Source of the DNA: Saprolegnia diclina VS20
Lineage: Eukaryota
Length of the DNA stretch: 52,317 nt
Direction of reading: 5' to 3'
NCBI RefSeq assembly: GCF_000281045.1
Contig: NW_008246162.1
Location: forward strand, 101,758 to 154,074
The stretch's first letter is position 1, and every line of letters begins with the position of its first letter. The notes under the pieces are model-generated. The model was not told the DNA's origin and searched no databases. It saw only the letters and a list, made by a program, of their open reading frames with translations. This document shows, piece after piece, positions 1-10,383 of this stretch. The translations under genes were made by a program, and so were the position numbers.

Positions 1-129
1 GTACGGCGGCGCGCATGCACACGTACGATCTTCGGTCAGCACCAACTGTGCATCGGGCGCGATCTCTGCAAGGGGCACGCGTGCTTTGGTGCTGCTGGGG
101 CACAATGTTGGCTGAACGTCCAGCGCTGT

Positions 130-1173
130 TGGTGCGCTGGTGTCGAGGCAAGAGACGTCGGGTCGTCGCTGCCTTTGTCGCATTGGAATATCGGTGTCGT
201 CGCAGCCGCCGTCGGGTCGCTGCTGCCATCGCCGTATCGAAGGACGCCGGTGTCGAAGCGAGCAACGCCCGGGACGCTGCCGCCGGAGCGTCGGTGTCTG
301 AGCGAGAGACGACCGTGACGCTGCTGCCGCGTGGGATCGAAGCGCCGATGTCGAAGCGAGAGACGACCGGGACGCAGCTGCCGTAGTTGAGTCGGATCGC
401 CGTTGCCTGAGCACGAGGTGACCGGGCACTGCTGCCGTTGGAAATCAACGTAGTGGTAGGCGACAAGCCATCGTTGTCGTCGTCGTTTGTGAGCCCCAAT
501 GTAAGAGCAAGATACAAACCGCAACCGGGACGCTGCTGCCGTTATTGCAGCGGAGCGTCGGTGTCGAAGCACGAGACGACCGAACGCTACTGCCGTCGTT
601 GAGATGATGCGCCGGTGTCAAACCACGAGACGACGAGGACGCTGCTGCCGTCGTTGGGAAAAAGGCGTCGGCGTCGAAGCACGAGGCGACCGGACGCTGC
701 TGCCGTCGCTGAGGTGGAACATCGGTGTCGTACAGTTGTAGCACGAGACTACCGGGACGCTGCTGCCGTTGTAGAGCCGAGGCGCCGGTGTAGTCGCGAC
801 ACAGAACCGGGATGCTGCTACAGTCGTTGGTGCAGAGTGCCGATGTCGTAGCGAGAGACGACCTGAAGGACCGCAACTGCCGAAGTTGTAGCGAAGCGTC
901 GTTGTCGAGGCGCGAGACGACTGGACGCTGATGCCGTCGTTGTAGCGAAGCATCGGTGTCGTAGCACGAGACGACCGAGACGATGCTGCCGTCGTGGCGA
1001 TGAAGCGTCGGTGTCGTAGCACGAGACGACCAGACGCAGCTGCCGTCGTAAGAGCGGAGCGTCGGTGTCGAAGCACGAGACGACCAAACACTACTGCCGT
1101 CGGTGAGACGAAGCGCCGGTGACCTAGCACGAGACGACCAGACGCAGCTGCCGTCGTAAGAGCGGAGCGTCGG
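130..1173. repeat. Degenerate ~54-bp tandem repeat (satellite/minisatellite) array, truncated by an assembly gap
   Basis: The core GAGACGACC (or a variant) recurs at about 306, 360, 415, 573, 627, 683, 745, 855, 914, 968, 1023, 1077 and 1131, mostly 54-56 bp apart. Consensus is roughly GCACGAGACGACC(GG)GACGCTGCTGCCGTCGT-N~10-AGCGTCGGTGTCGAA. The left boundary is fuzzy. Confidence 0.9.
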
Positions 1174-1853
1174 NNNNNNNNNNNNNNNNNNNNNNNNNNN
1201 NNNNNNNNNNNNNNNNNNNNNNNNNNNNNNNNNNNNNNNNNNNNNNNNNNNNNNNNNNNNNNNNNNNNNNNNNNNNNNNNNNNNNNNNNNNNNNNNNNNN
1301 NNNNNNNNNNNNNNNNNNNNNNNNNNNNNNNNNNNNNNNNNNNNNNNNNNNNNNNNNNNNNNNNNNNNNNNNNNNNNNNNNNNNNNNNNNNNNNNNNNNN
1401 NNNNNNNNNNNNNNNNNNNNNNNNNNNNNNNNNNNNNNNNNNNNNNNNNNNNNNNNNNNNNNNNNNNNNNNNNNNNNNNNNNNNNNNNNNNNNNNNNNNN
1501 NNNNNNNNNNNNNNNNNNNNNNNNNNNNNNNNNNNNNNNNNNNNNNNNNNNNNNNNNNNNNNNNNNNNNNNNNNNNNNNNNNNNNNNNNNNNNNNNNNNN
1601 NNNNNNNNNNNNNNNNNNNNNNNNNNNNNNNNNNNNNNNNNNNNNNNNNNNNNNNNNNNNNNNNNNNNNNNNNNNNNNNNNNNNNNNNNNNNNNNNNNNN
1701 NNNNNNNNNNNNNNNNNNNNNNNNNNNNNNNNNNNNNNNNNNNNNNNNNNNNNNNNNNNNNNNNNNNNNNNNNNNNNNNNNNNNNNNNNNNNNNNNNNNN
1801 NNNNNNNNNNNNNNNNNNNNNNNNNNNNNNNNNNNNNNNNNNNNNNNNNNNNN
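1174..1853. other. Assembly gap (N run)
   Basis: 680 Ns directly after the repeat array. Confidence 1.
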
Positions 1854-1902
1854 GTACTAGTATAGCCAAAGGGATATGGGTTAAAATTTAGAGCGAAGCA
1901 AG

Positions 1903-2709
1903 CTAGAGCTGGTCCACGACGGCGTAACCAGCCGTCTTGTTGCGGCGAACGTAAGCGTACATGACGAAAACGACGACCGACATGACGACTGCACTCCACA
2001 CGTAGACCATATCGTCGCGGAAGATATGCGTGAGACCGAGGATGGTCGATGCAATACCGCTGGCATACGTGAGCTTCCCGACGAACCCATGCCACTCGAA
2101 GATCGTGCGGCCTTGGAACTGGAGAAACTTGAGCTTGCGGCGCCCGACTTCCATCTGCAGCAGCATGAGCGCGACCGTGATGAAGCCCATCCAGCCGTGC
2201 TTGTTGTGCGGGAAGAGCCGCTTGCCCGCCATGCCGCGGCTGATCAAGATGCCCGCGAGGCCCAGAAGCGTCGTCGCAAGCACGGCGTAGTGCATGAACT
2301 TGTGGATGTTGCGCTGAATCCGCTTGTTTGGCGACCGCGCGTTGAGCCCGTCGAACGGCCGGTACACGAGCATCGCCTCGGACGAAAACGCGACCCAGCC
2401 CAGCGTCATCATGAGGATGTGCACAAAGAGCAAGTTGACGCCCGTCTTGATCATGACGGCAACGCAGATGGCCAGCGCAGCCACGAGGCAGTACCATGTC
2501 ACGGGCGCGATGTTGTCGCGGAGCTCGCTCCAGACAACGGACGGCGACCGCGCATAAGAGTGGGCCGCCGGCGGACCATGCTCGTCGTCGTCATCGTCGC
2601 CGGCAACGCTGCTCAGAACAGTACTGCGGTCATACGCGTCCGACTCGTCGGCTTCCGAAGGCTTCCGTGCGGGCAGTTGGCCGCGCGACGTCGGAAGCTC
2701 CACGTCCAT
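1903..2709 (-). CDS. Cytochrome b561 family transmembrane haem protein
   Basis: Six hydrophobic helices with b561-type His motifs HILMMTLGW, HKFMH, KHGWMG and WHGFVG. ATG at 2709 (MDVELP). Confidence 0.85.
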   Translation of the reverse strand: MDVELPTSRGQLPARKPSEADESDAYDRSTVLSSVAGDDDDDEHGPPAAHSYARSPSVVWSELRDNIAPVTWYCLVAALAICVAVMIKTGVNLLFVHILMMTLGWVAFSSEAMLVYRPFDGLNARSPNKRIQRNIHKFMHYAVLATTLLGLAGILISRGMAGKRLFPHNKHGWMGFITVALMLLQMEVGRRKLKFLQFQGRTIFEWHGFVGKLTYASGIASTILGLTHIFRDDMVYVWSAVVMSVVVFVMYAYVRRNKTAGYAVVDQL

Positions 2710-3835
2710 CTTAGGCTGCGTGGAAAAGCGCAAATGCAGATAGAAAAGACGGATACGGGCAAGGTACCCGGTTTGCCGGATAAACGCTGCCAGCCGTTGC
2801 ACAAAAGTGCCACCCAAAATAGTGTTAATGCTGACTTTATGTGTGTTTGCTGTAACTTTCCGACCGCAGGCGTGGGGCTCGCGACGACCGATACTTGAAG
2901 TCTTGCTATATTACAACTCTGGCTGTGCACCCTACACACAGTACTGTGCACTCCGTGATGAGATAGAAAAACCAGTTACATGTAATAGTGTAAGTCCACG
3001 GAAATGATAGTGTTATTGCATTTTGCGCGGGACTGCGACAATCGAATCTTGGCTGTTCAAGTGTTTTCAGGAGTCGCGCTTGTTGCCAGTAAAGGGGGCA
3101 AAGGAGGTGGATTACCACGCCTGCCATGGGTTGGCGAGGCGGGTCGAGACTTAGCAGGCCGAAGCCAAATCGAAACTGCGTCGAGGTTTGGCTGGCCTTT
3201 GCCTGCTCCTCCTAAAAACTCTATTTCTACTCTCTACCGATACGTTGAAACGCCCAAGCGACGTCGTCGCAATGACGCGTCCACACGCACAGGACAGAGT
3301 GTACCGGTTTCGATAAAGTGTAGAGTCTTGGTGGTGTGCCAAATGAAAGTAAAACTCGGTGGCTCCACGTTCCGCTCAGATGCCCCAACGCAAGGCTAGA
3401 ACGCACGGCTAACTGTTCATAGAAGTATTGGGCCTCTGGTCATTTTTGTAGCTGCGTGATGCGTGTTTGTCGTTTCACCATGGTTTTACATCGATGCACC
3501 GGCTGTGTACGTCTTGTCGATATAAGTCGCCCATGTTCGAGAGGTAGGCATCCACAGCCTCAGCAGAAAGGCCTTAAACATCATGACATTAGGTACTCGA
3601 GCCGCATACACTAAACAATGTGCTTGATTTACGTGCCACAGAGATCCATGTTGGCATCGTTGTCTGCGAAGCAGCACGATGAGCTGTTGGCGTATTTCAC
3701 ATTAGGCTTCGGTTTCAGATCGCCGTCGGATGTTCTACACTGTAAATACTGTGCGTACACTATATACGGTTGACCTCTCGCCCAACCAAAATTCGAGTGG
3801 CTTGCATCAGACGCGAATTCGCTAACTCGAAGAAG

Positions 3836-4106
3836 ATGATCGTCCCCGTGCGCTGCTTCACGTGCGGCAAGGTGCTCGCCAACAAGTGGGAGACGTACCT
3901 CAGCCTCCTGCGCTCCGACTACACGGAGGGCGACGCGCTCGACGAGCTCTCGCTCAAGCGCTACTGCTGCCGCCGCATGATGCTCACGCACGTCGACCTC
4001 ATTGAGAAGCTCCTGCACTACAACACGGGCGGTACATACCTTCTTGCTACGATGGTCCATCGCTCATCTCCTCTCTGTAGCCATCGAACGGGGCGCCGAC
4101 GACTAA
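3836..4106 (+). CDS. RPB10: RNA polymerase I/II/III shared subunit RPB10 (RPABC5), 2 exons (intron 4032-4080)
   Basis: [12 protein letters not shown]...[20 protein letters not shown] is the RPB10 signature. A GT..AG intron gives the C-terminus AIERGADD*. Confidence 0.97.
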
Positions 4107-4175
4107 GTTCTTGGCCAACGCACTCGACGACGACCCGAATTTGCATAATATTAATCCCAACCCATCCATGCATGC

Positions 4176-6792
4176 CTAGATGAACACGAGCTTCTCGACG
4201 TAGTCTTCGCTCTTGCCATACTTGCGCACGAAGCCGAGGTACCGCAGCGTCGAGAGCGCGCGCAGGAAGCGAACCTGGACTACCTTGGCGTCAACGGCCG
4301 CCTTGGCCTGCAGCGCAGCGTTGAAAGCCTCGAGCCACTCGGCCACGTTGATGAGCATGCCGGCCGTGTCGACGTAAAACGTGTACGCAACGTGCATGTC
4401 GTGACACCACGCCTGGGGCATCGCTTTGTTGGCGCGCCGTTTGCCCCCTGCGTCGGTGAGGTCTTTGGCGATAGCCGCCTTGGGGTTGCTCAGTGCGGCT
4501 TGGATGGCTTCGAAGTGCGAGGCCTCAAACATGGCCTCGAGGCCCTTGACATCGTCGTAGTAGAAGAGGCGGCCGAGGGCGCACGCTGCGGGCAGCGGCG
4601 GTGAAAGAAACCCGACCATGTCCACGACAAGAAGGGACACAATGTCGTTGCGCACTTGGGGCAGCATGCGCAAATTCTCTTCGTCGTTCATCTCTTCTTG
4701 CATAAAGGTCAGGATCTGCTTGACTTCGTCGACGCGGGTCACGACCTCTTGGAGCGTGTTGATCTCGTTCTCGACCAAGTCCATGGCGTACGTCGCCAAG
4801 CACGTGCTCCACTCATGCACCACGGTCCGCAGAAGCTTGACGCCCGCTACCGCCCATGTCAGAGTCCCTGCGCTCAAGTTTGGGCATCAAGTATACTACT
4901 ACCTTGGAGGAGAAAAGCTTCAATGGCTCGGAGCGCCTTGGACTGGGCCAAGGTGCCATCGAGCGCGCGCGCGAGCATCTGCACTTCGTGGTCGCGGTGC
5001 TTGATCACGACCTTGTGCGTGAGCTCGAGGCAGCTCCAGATCGCTTGCCACACGCGCTTCCACGACTGCACGCGCAGCAAGCGCTCAATGACAAACTCTT
5101 GGGCCTCGAAGCGATCCTCGATACCCGGCGTCATGGCGGCGAGGTCGACGTCGTTCATGTAGGCGGCGACAGACATTGGCAGCGTCGTGCGCGATGCAAA
5201 GGCGACCCACGGGTGGTTGTACTCGTGCGTTTTGCGCAGCGGTAGGACGCAGAGCAGCGCCTCGGCGCCCGCCGCGTTCAGATGCCGGTACAAGAGACAC
5301 CGAAGGCTCTGTAGAAAGACGGCGATCGAGTGCGTCTTGGTGTACCCAATGTAGAGCCACGTGAGGACGGCGCCAGAGCACACGATGGGGCACTCGCCCG
5401 CAATCAGAAGCGTCTGGATGATGTCGTGAAAGCACTTGAGAGAGTCTTCGAGCACGAACGGTTTGAGCACGAGGCACGTCGCGATGCGCAGCGGCATGCA
5501 CCGGTAGCACGGCGACGCGAGCGACGTGAGGCCAAGGACACAGCCGAGCCGGAGCGCCGACCCGTGGTCCTTCCACATGTGCAGAAAGTCCGCAAAGACG
5601 TCTTCGGGCACGCTCTCGTACTGGTCGAGGACGAGGAGGATCGTGGGCGTCAAATTGCTCAGCAGCGCACCCGAGGCCAAAGGGCCCTAGACGACACGAG
5701 ACATCAGATACAGCGTGCGCATCGCTGGCGCGTACCATGAGCGACGTCTCTTTGGTGAGCGCGAGGAAATGCTGGCGCAAGAGGTAGCGCTTGCCGTCCA
5801 CGTGCGCGCCTGCGAGCTCCGTTTCGAGACGCGTCATGTACTTGAGCAGCAGCTCTTGGTGCAGTTGAAGCAGCAGGCGCTCAGTGAATGTATCGGGGCC
5901 GACCTACAGACAGACTACGTCAGCGAGGTGGACAACGACGAAGGTCTTGTACAGAGCGCTTGAGCGATGCGAGCCGATCGCTCGAGTCCTCCACCAGGCT
6001 GTCAAAGACGCTCTGTACGACGTGGAATGGCTGGTTCCGACAGTCATCGAGACGCTGCTCCATCTGCGACCGGAGCTCGAGCACGAGCATGTCCGCTTGG
6101 ATGCTCACGTCGTCTGCGAGCTGCATGATGGGCGTCACGGCCCGAGAAAGCTGCTCGAGGATGCCTATGGCAGTGCTCAGCGCCGTACATAGAGTGTAGT
6201 CGGTCGCACCTGCCACCGTGTCCCACTTGATCACGGGAAGGTCCGACTCGGGCTTGTAGTCCTCCGTGCGCGCACTGCGTCGCGTGGCTGTCTGTTGCGT
6301 CGTGCGCCGCATCTCGCTCTGAAGCCACTGGCCCTCGCGCTCGCGCTGGTGGATCTCGTGAAAGATTGACGTCGCTACGAACTCGAGCAGCATCCGCCCG
6401 TTAGCATACTTGCGCTGGACCGAGACGACGAACGGGAACCGCCGCTTGAGGTGCCGGATGAGCGGGTCTGTCCACACCGCGCTGGACGCGGCGCTCGCGT
6501 CCGTCCCAGCAACGATCGCGGCAACAGGAAAGGGCTGTAGCGGCACGAGGTGGTCTTGCTCAAAGTCGAGCTTTGGGTTGGCGGCCGACCGCGCGACAAA
6601 GTAGTCGAGAACCTGCAGGTAGCACGCATGGTTGGCCTTCTGCAGCACCGAGTTGACGGCTGTCTGGACCTTCTCGTACGTAAACTCAAAGGCGGCGCCG
6701 CTAAGATCTGCGTCCAGCTTTTGTCGCTTGCGCGCCGATGGCTCGGCCGCGTGCCACGCGATGCCTGTGCTCAGGTCCACGTGCTCGGCCAT
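4176..6792 (-). CDS. ORC3: Origin recognition complex subunit 3, multi-exon
   Basis: The C-terminal winged helix [25 protein letters not shown], the [12 protein letters not shown] segment and the [25 protein letters not shown] core match ORC3. Spans ORFs 5920-6933, 4874-5680 and 4176-4877. Confidence 0.85.
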
Positions 6793-7628
6793 CGTTTTGG
6801 CTCGCGGTTTGCCGTAACCGGTTGCAGCCGAACCGCATGGATAACTTGAGCTGCTGGATTCTATACACTTGGTATTTGTATCGATCGGCGAACAAGGTTG
6901 TGTGGTGCAGCGAAATTCGCTTACAAAGTACATTCCGACGCGACCGCAAAAAAGTGGTCGCGCAACGCATTTCTACTCGCATGATCTGGAAACGTCATGC
7001 GCAAGGAGCGCGATGAGCGGCCTCTCACTTGCCGCAACGGCAAGTGGCGCCAGACGTGGTTCTAATTTGGAGATCGGCTGTAGCCAAACGTACTGTTTGT
7101 ATGGAAGCTCCGCGATGTCGCTTGGTGACGCCGGTGCCACGCCCTCGCAGCTCGTGACTGGCGGCTGCGTTGGCTTCTTCTCCAGTTCTCAGCATCTCGT
7201 GCTGCAGTTGAGCAGTTATAGAGTTGCCACGTCAAAGATCTGATCCAGTCGTTGCGGGCTGATTTTACCGTCGAAATTCCAACCAAACAAACGTTGCAAC
7301 GAAGCGCTCGATTGAATCTGACGCGATGCGACCCTTTCGCAACGTGCAGTGAGTGTCTCTTGAAGTACGATGCGATATAGACGCTTCAGGGACGGTAATG
7401 AAGACGCTGTAAATTTGGCGCCCAGCGTCCGCGAATCTTCATGTCCGGTCCATCTCCGTCGTGGTTTTGGCCAGCCCATCGACGTGGGTGCGTCATGCGT
7501 CCTAGTGGTCCATCTCGGCCAATCCGAATTTGCTTTTCACACAGGCCGCACGCCGATTGGAGGTCCAAAAGTCGTTACTCACACGCTTCCGGCTGCGGCG
7601 CCAGAGGACCCATGGCGACCTTGAAGCT

Positions 7629-7644
7629 CTCAGTTTGCATCTTG
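7629..7644 (+). promoter_or_regulatory. Oomycete Inr/FPR-like core promoter
   Basis: CTCAGTTTGCATCTTG lies about 27 bp upstream of the ATG at 7671. Confidence 0.45.
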
Positions 7645-7670
7645 AGTCGCATAGCACACATACCTTCACG

Positions 7671-7919
7671 ATGGCCATGGACGGACTCCGCAAGAGCGCG
7701 TCGTCGCGCAACCTGAGCCAGCTCGCGCAGCAGCTGCGAGGACTTGAGCCCACGACGCCAGCCAAGCCTCAAGTGCAGCGACCGCCGCGCCACACCAATG
7801 TGCCTACGTACCTGCAATGCACCAAACCGCTCGGCCCGCTTCCGGTGAAGCCATTGACCCTTGGTGACTGCAGCCGAGAGATCGCGCATTTGACACACTC
7901 GCTCCGCGTCCGCGCATGA
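7671..7919 (+). CDS. Small hypothetical protein (82 aa)
   Basis: MAMDGLRKSASSRNLSQL... with GC-ending codon bias, an upstream Inr-like motif and an AT-rich 3' UTR (7945-7985). Confidence 0.55.
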   Translation: MAMDGLRKSASSRNLSQLAQQLRGLEPTTPAKPQVQRPPRHTNVPTYLQCTKPLGPLPVKPLTLGDCSREIAHLTHSLRVRA

Positions 7920-8027
7920 GAGCGCTATGCTCGCTTGTACCCTAGATTAAATAACACGCCCTATTTTATTTTATACTTTCCATCTTATCCGGATCCGCAT
8001 CTCAAGCACAAAACTCGCCGAGCAAGC

Positions 8028-9547
8028 ATGGTGCCAAGCGCCGCTGCGATCCGAGCGTGGGTCTTCCTCGCCGGTAGGGCATGCGTACCCGGCACTACCG
8101 CGCTCAAGAGCTTATACGTATAGGTGGCCTCGTTGCCTTGTACCTGCTAGGTCCATTGCTGCAGGCTGTCTTTATGCGTATCGTGGTCGTCGCCGTCTGC
8201 ATCTTGCTCCTCGCTGCCGTTCTCAACCCGACGGATCTCTCGTTTGCGCATTGGGCAGCAACGCAGGTCAACCAAGGCCGTGTCGTGCCAAGCTCGTGGT
8301 TCAAGTCGATCGTCGAAAGCGTTCTACCGGGTCCCGACGAAGCGACATGGCGATGGACCCGATACAATCTCGTCTTTCTGAGTCTCGTGCACGTGGCGGC
8401 CATCGAGCGGGACGCCATCGGTGTCTTTGGCCTTTGGTTCTGGGCCGACTCGAGCTACGTTCTTGCCTCGCTCTGTCGGACGTACCGCCCATGGGCAGCC
8501 GCACTCACGAATGGCGGCCAAGCTTCGGGCACGCAAGCCCACTCGAGCGCGGCCGTCGCACCGGCCTCCGAGCACGAATGCCGCTCGCTCGCTGTGGAGA
8601 AACGAAAGAGTGGGCAGTTTGCCCAAGCGTACGAGAAGTACATGGAAGCCGCCGACCTCAGCATCAACCCGCTGGACCAAGCGCTGTACCGACTCGAGGC
8701 TGCGCGGTGCCTCACCAAGACGCTCAGTTTGGCCAAATCCAAGTCAATTTCAGGCACGTGCATCAAAATCGAGCGACTCTACCGTGACAGCTGCAATGTA
8801 CGGCGCGCCAACCTCGTCATTTGTCTAATGTGCGCGACTTAGAGTCTCGTGGGGCATGGCGAATTCCATGTCGCGGGCGTCGCCTTGATTGAACTCGCGG
8901 CGCTCTTGACCGAGTGGACGGTGCCGCTCAGCGCTTCGTCCGATACTGAGACAACCGAGACGCTGGAGCACATCTCGAAGGCCTACTTGGAAGCTGCCCT
9001 CGTCTTGGAGGCCGCCGACACTGTCGTCGATCGGCGACTTGCCTTCCAGAGCAGTCTCGCTGCTGGCAACCTCTTTGCAGATGCAGCCATGAGCAACGAC
9101 ACCGCACGCGACATGTGGCTCGCCGCCGCGGAGGCCCAGTTCCGGTCCGTGGGTCTGGCGCATATCGAGATCAACGTGTCGTGGGCGAAGGACGCATTCG
9201 CCTGCGCTGTCTTTACCTTGCTCGGGCGCGCTGATGTGCCTGGCGCCCAAGCTGCGTACATTGCGTTTGACGAGCTGTGCATGGCGCATCTCACGCCGGT
9301 CGACCACCTCCTCCTCTCGGTCTTTGCCGCGTACGACAAGTGGCAAGTGGACATGCTGCACGCTGGCGTCGCTGCGTATGCGACGTCGGCCGATCGGTTG
9401 CTTGGGTGGCAGGTAACGAGAACATTGTTGATGTTCCACGTCAACAGCCCACGCTCCGATCTTATTCGTGACGGCTTCTTCTTGTAGGAACGCGCATTGT
9501 CCCAAGTCACGACGCTTCTTTCGGCGCCGACGACAGACCTTCGCTGA
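8028..9547 (+). CDS. Membrane-anchored protein with a DUF4359-like N-terminal domain and an alpha-SNAP-like helical repeat C-terminal domain, 4 exons
   Basis: Introns at about 8074-8123, 8798-8842 and 9413-9487 join ORFs 8081-8842 and 8849-9487 in frame. N-terminal hydrophobic helices are followed by LNPT..W..RYNLVFLS..IGVFG. The C-terminal AKDAFACAVFTLL..DVPGAQAA..LLLSVFAAYD..VD...RLLGWQ resembles the SNAP family. Confidence 0.65.
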
Positions 9548-9984
9548 CCGTACCTGTCTGTGCAAGTAAAATTTCGCCATACACCTGGAATCCACACTCT
9601 TTTACGGATCCGTTGTTGTCGTAACCAAGCTTGTCGAATGGTGTTTCTCACCGAGAAGAGGTCGTGCCAAGCAGAGACGGATATTTGTTGAGGAAGGTTC
9701 GAACGGCCAAAACACACAGCAGGCGAGACTAGTACGCACAGGAGAGCTCTTCGTTCTTGGCTGTTCTATTGTGCAAGGACGACGCCGGAAGTCCGAACTT
9801 TCTCGTGGCGTCGCGAGCCTTCATGACGTGGAGCGACGATAGGCCGTCGCGAGCTGACTTCAACGTGTGACGCTACGACGCGCACAGCCATTTTTCAAAC
9901 TTTGTCGACGCGATCGGGATATCGTATACAGAACGCAAGTCTTTTTTCGTGGCAAATAGAATCCGCGACTGTTTCGGATTGTAG

Positions 9985-10000
9985 GTATTTCCGAATTTGC
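9985..10000 (+). promoter_or_regulatory. Oomycete Inr/FPR-like core promoter
   Basis: GTATTTCCGAATTTGC lies 12 bp upstream of the ATG at 10012. Confidence 0.5.
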
Positions 10001-10011
10001 GACGCAACACG

Positions 10012-10383
10012 ATGGCTGTGATCCTGGCCGCGCTACGCCCGCCGACGACGCCCGTACGCCGCCACGCCCGCCGGCGTCAGTGCCACAACTGCCTTCAGAT
10101 GTTCGTCGAGTACAGCGAGTGTGAGCCCAGCGGCGCGTACACCCGCCTGACGCTGCTCGACGACGACACGCCGGTCTACTGCTCGAGCGACTGCCGCGCC
10201 ACAGCGGCAATCCTGCACATCCAAAACACGTGGGCGCATGCACATTGCGCCGGGCCTGACTATGGCCTCGCTCGCCACGTCAACAGCCGTCTTGCCGCCA
10301 AGCCTGATGGCGGCTCGAGCCCGCGCGCGATCCCGTTCCGGCGCTGGTCCTCGGACGCCCGCGACCCCGACTCGCTTCTCTGA
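10012..10383 (+). CDS. Small FCS/FLZ-like zinc finger protein
   Basis: C-x2-C (CHNC) and YCSSDCR motifs, GC-ending codon bias and an upstream core promoter motif. Confidence 0.7.
   Translation: MAVILAALRPPTTPVRRHARRRQCHNCLQMFVEYSECEPSGAYTRLTLLDDDTPVYCSSDCRATAAILHIQNTWAHAHCAGPDYGLARHVNSRLAAKPDGGSSPRAIPFRRWSSDARDPDSLL

Noticed and set aside
130..1173. CRISPR array
   Set aside because: The context is eukaryotic, the repeats are degenerate, the variable segments are only ~10 nt and no cas genes are present.
445..2497. Long ORFs 445-1869 and 1124-2497
   Set aside because: They are artefacts of translating through the N gap.
2820..3780. ORFs 3004-3399 and neighbours between the b561 gene and RPB10
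   Set aside because: Intergenic composition, non-ATG starts and no motifs.
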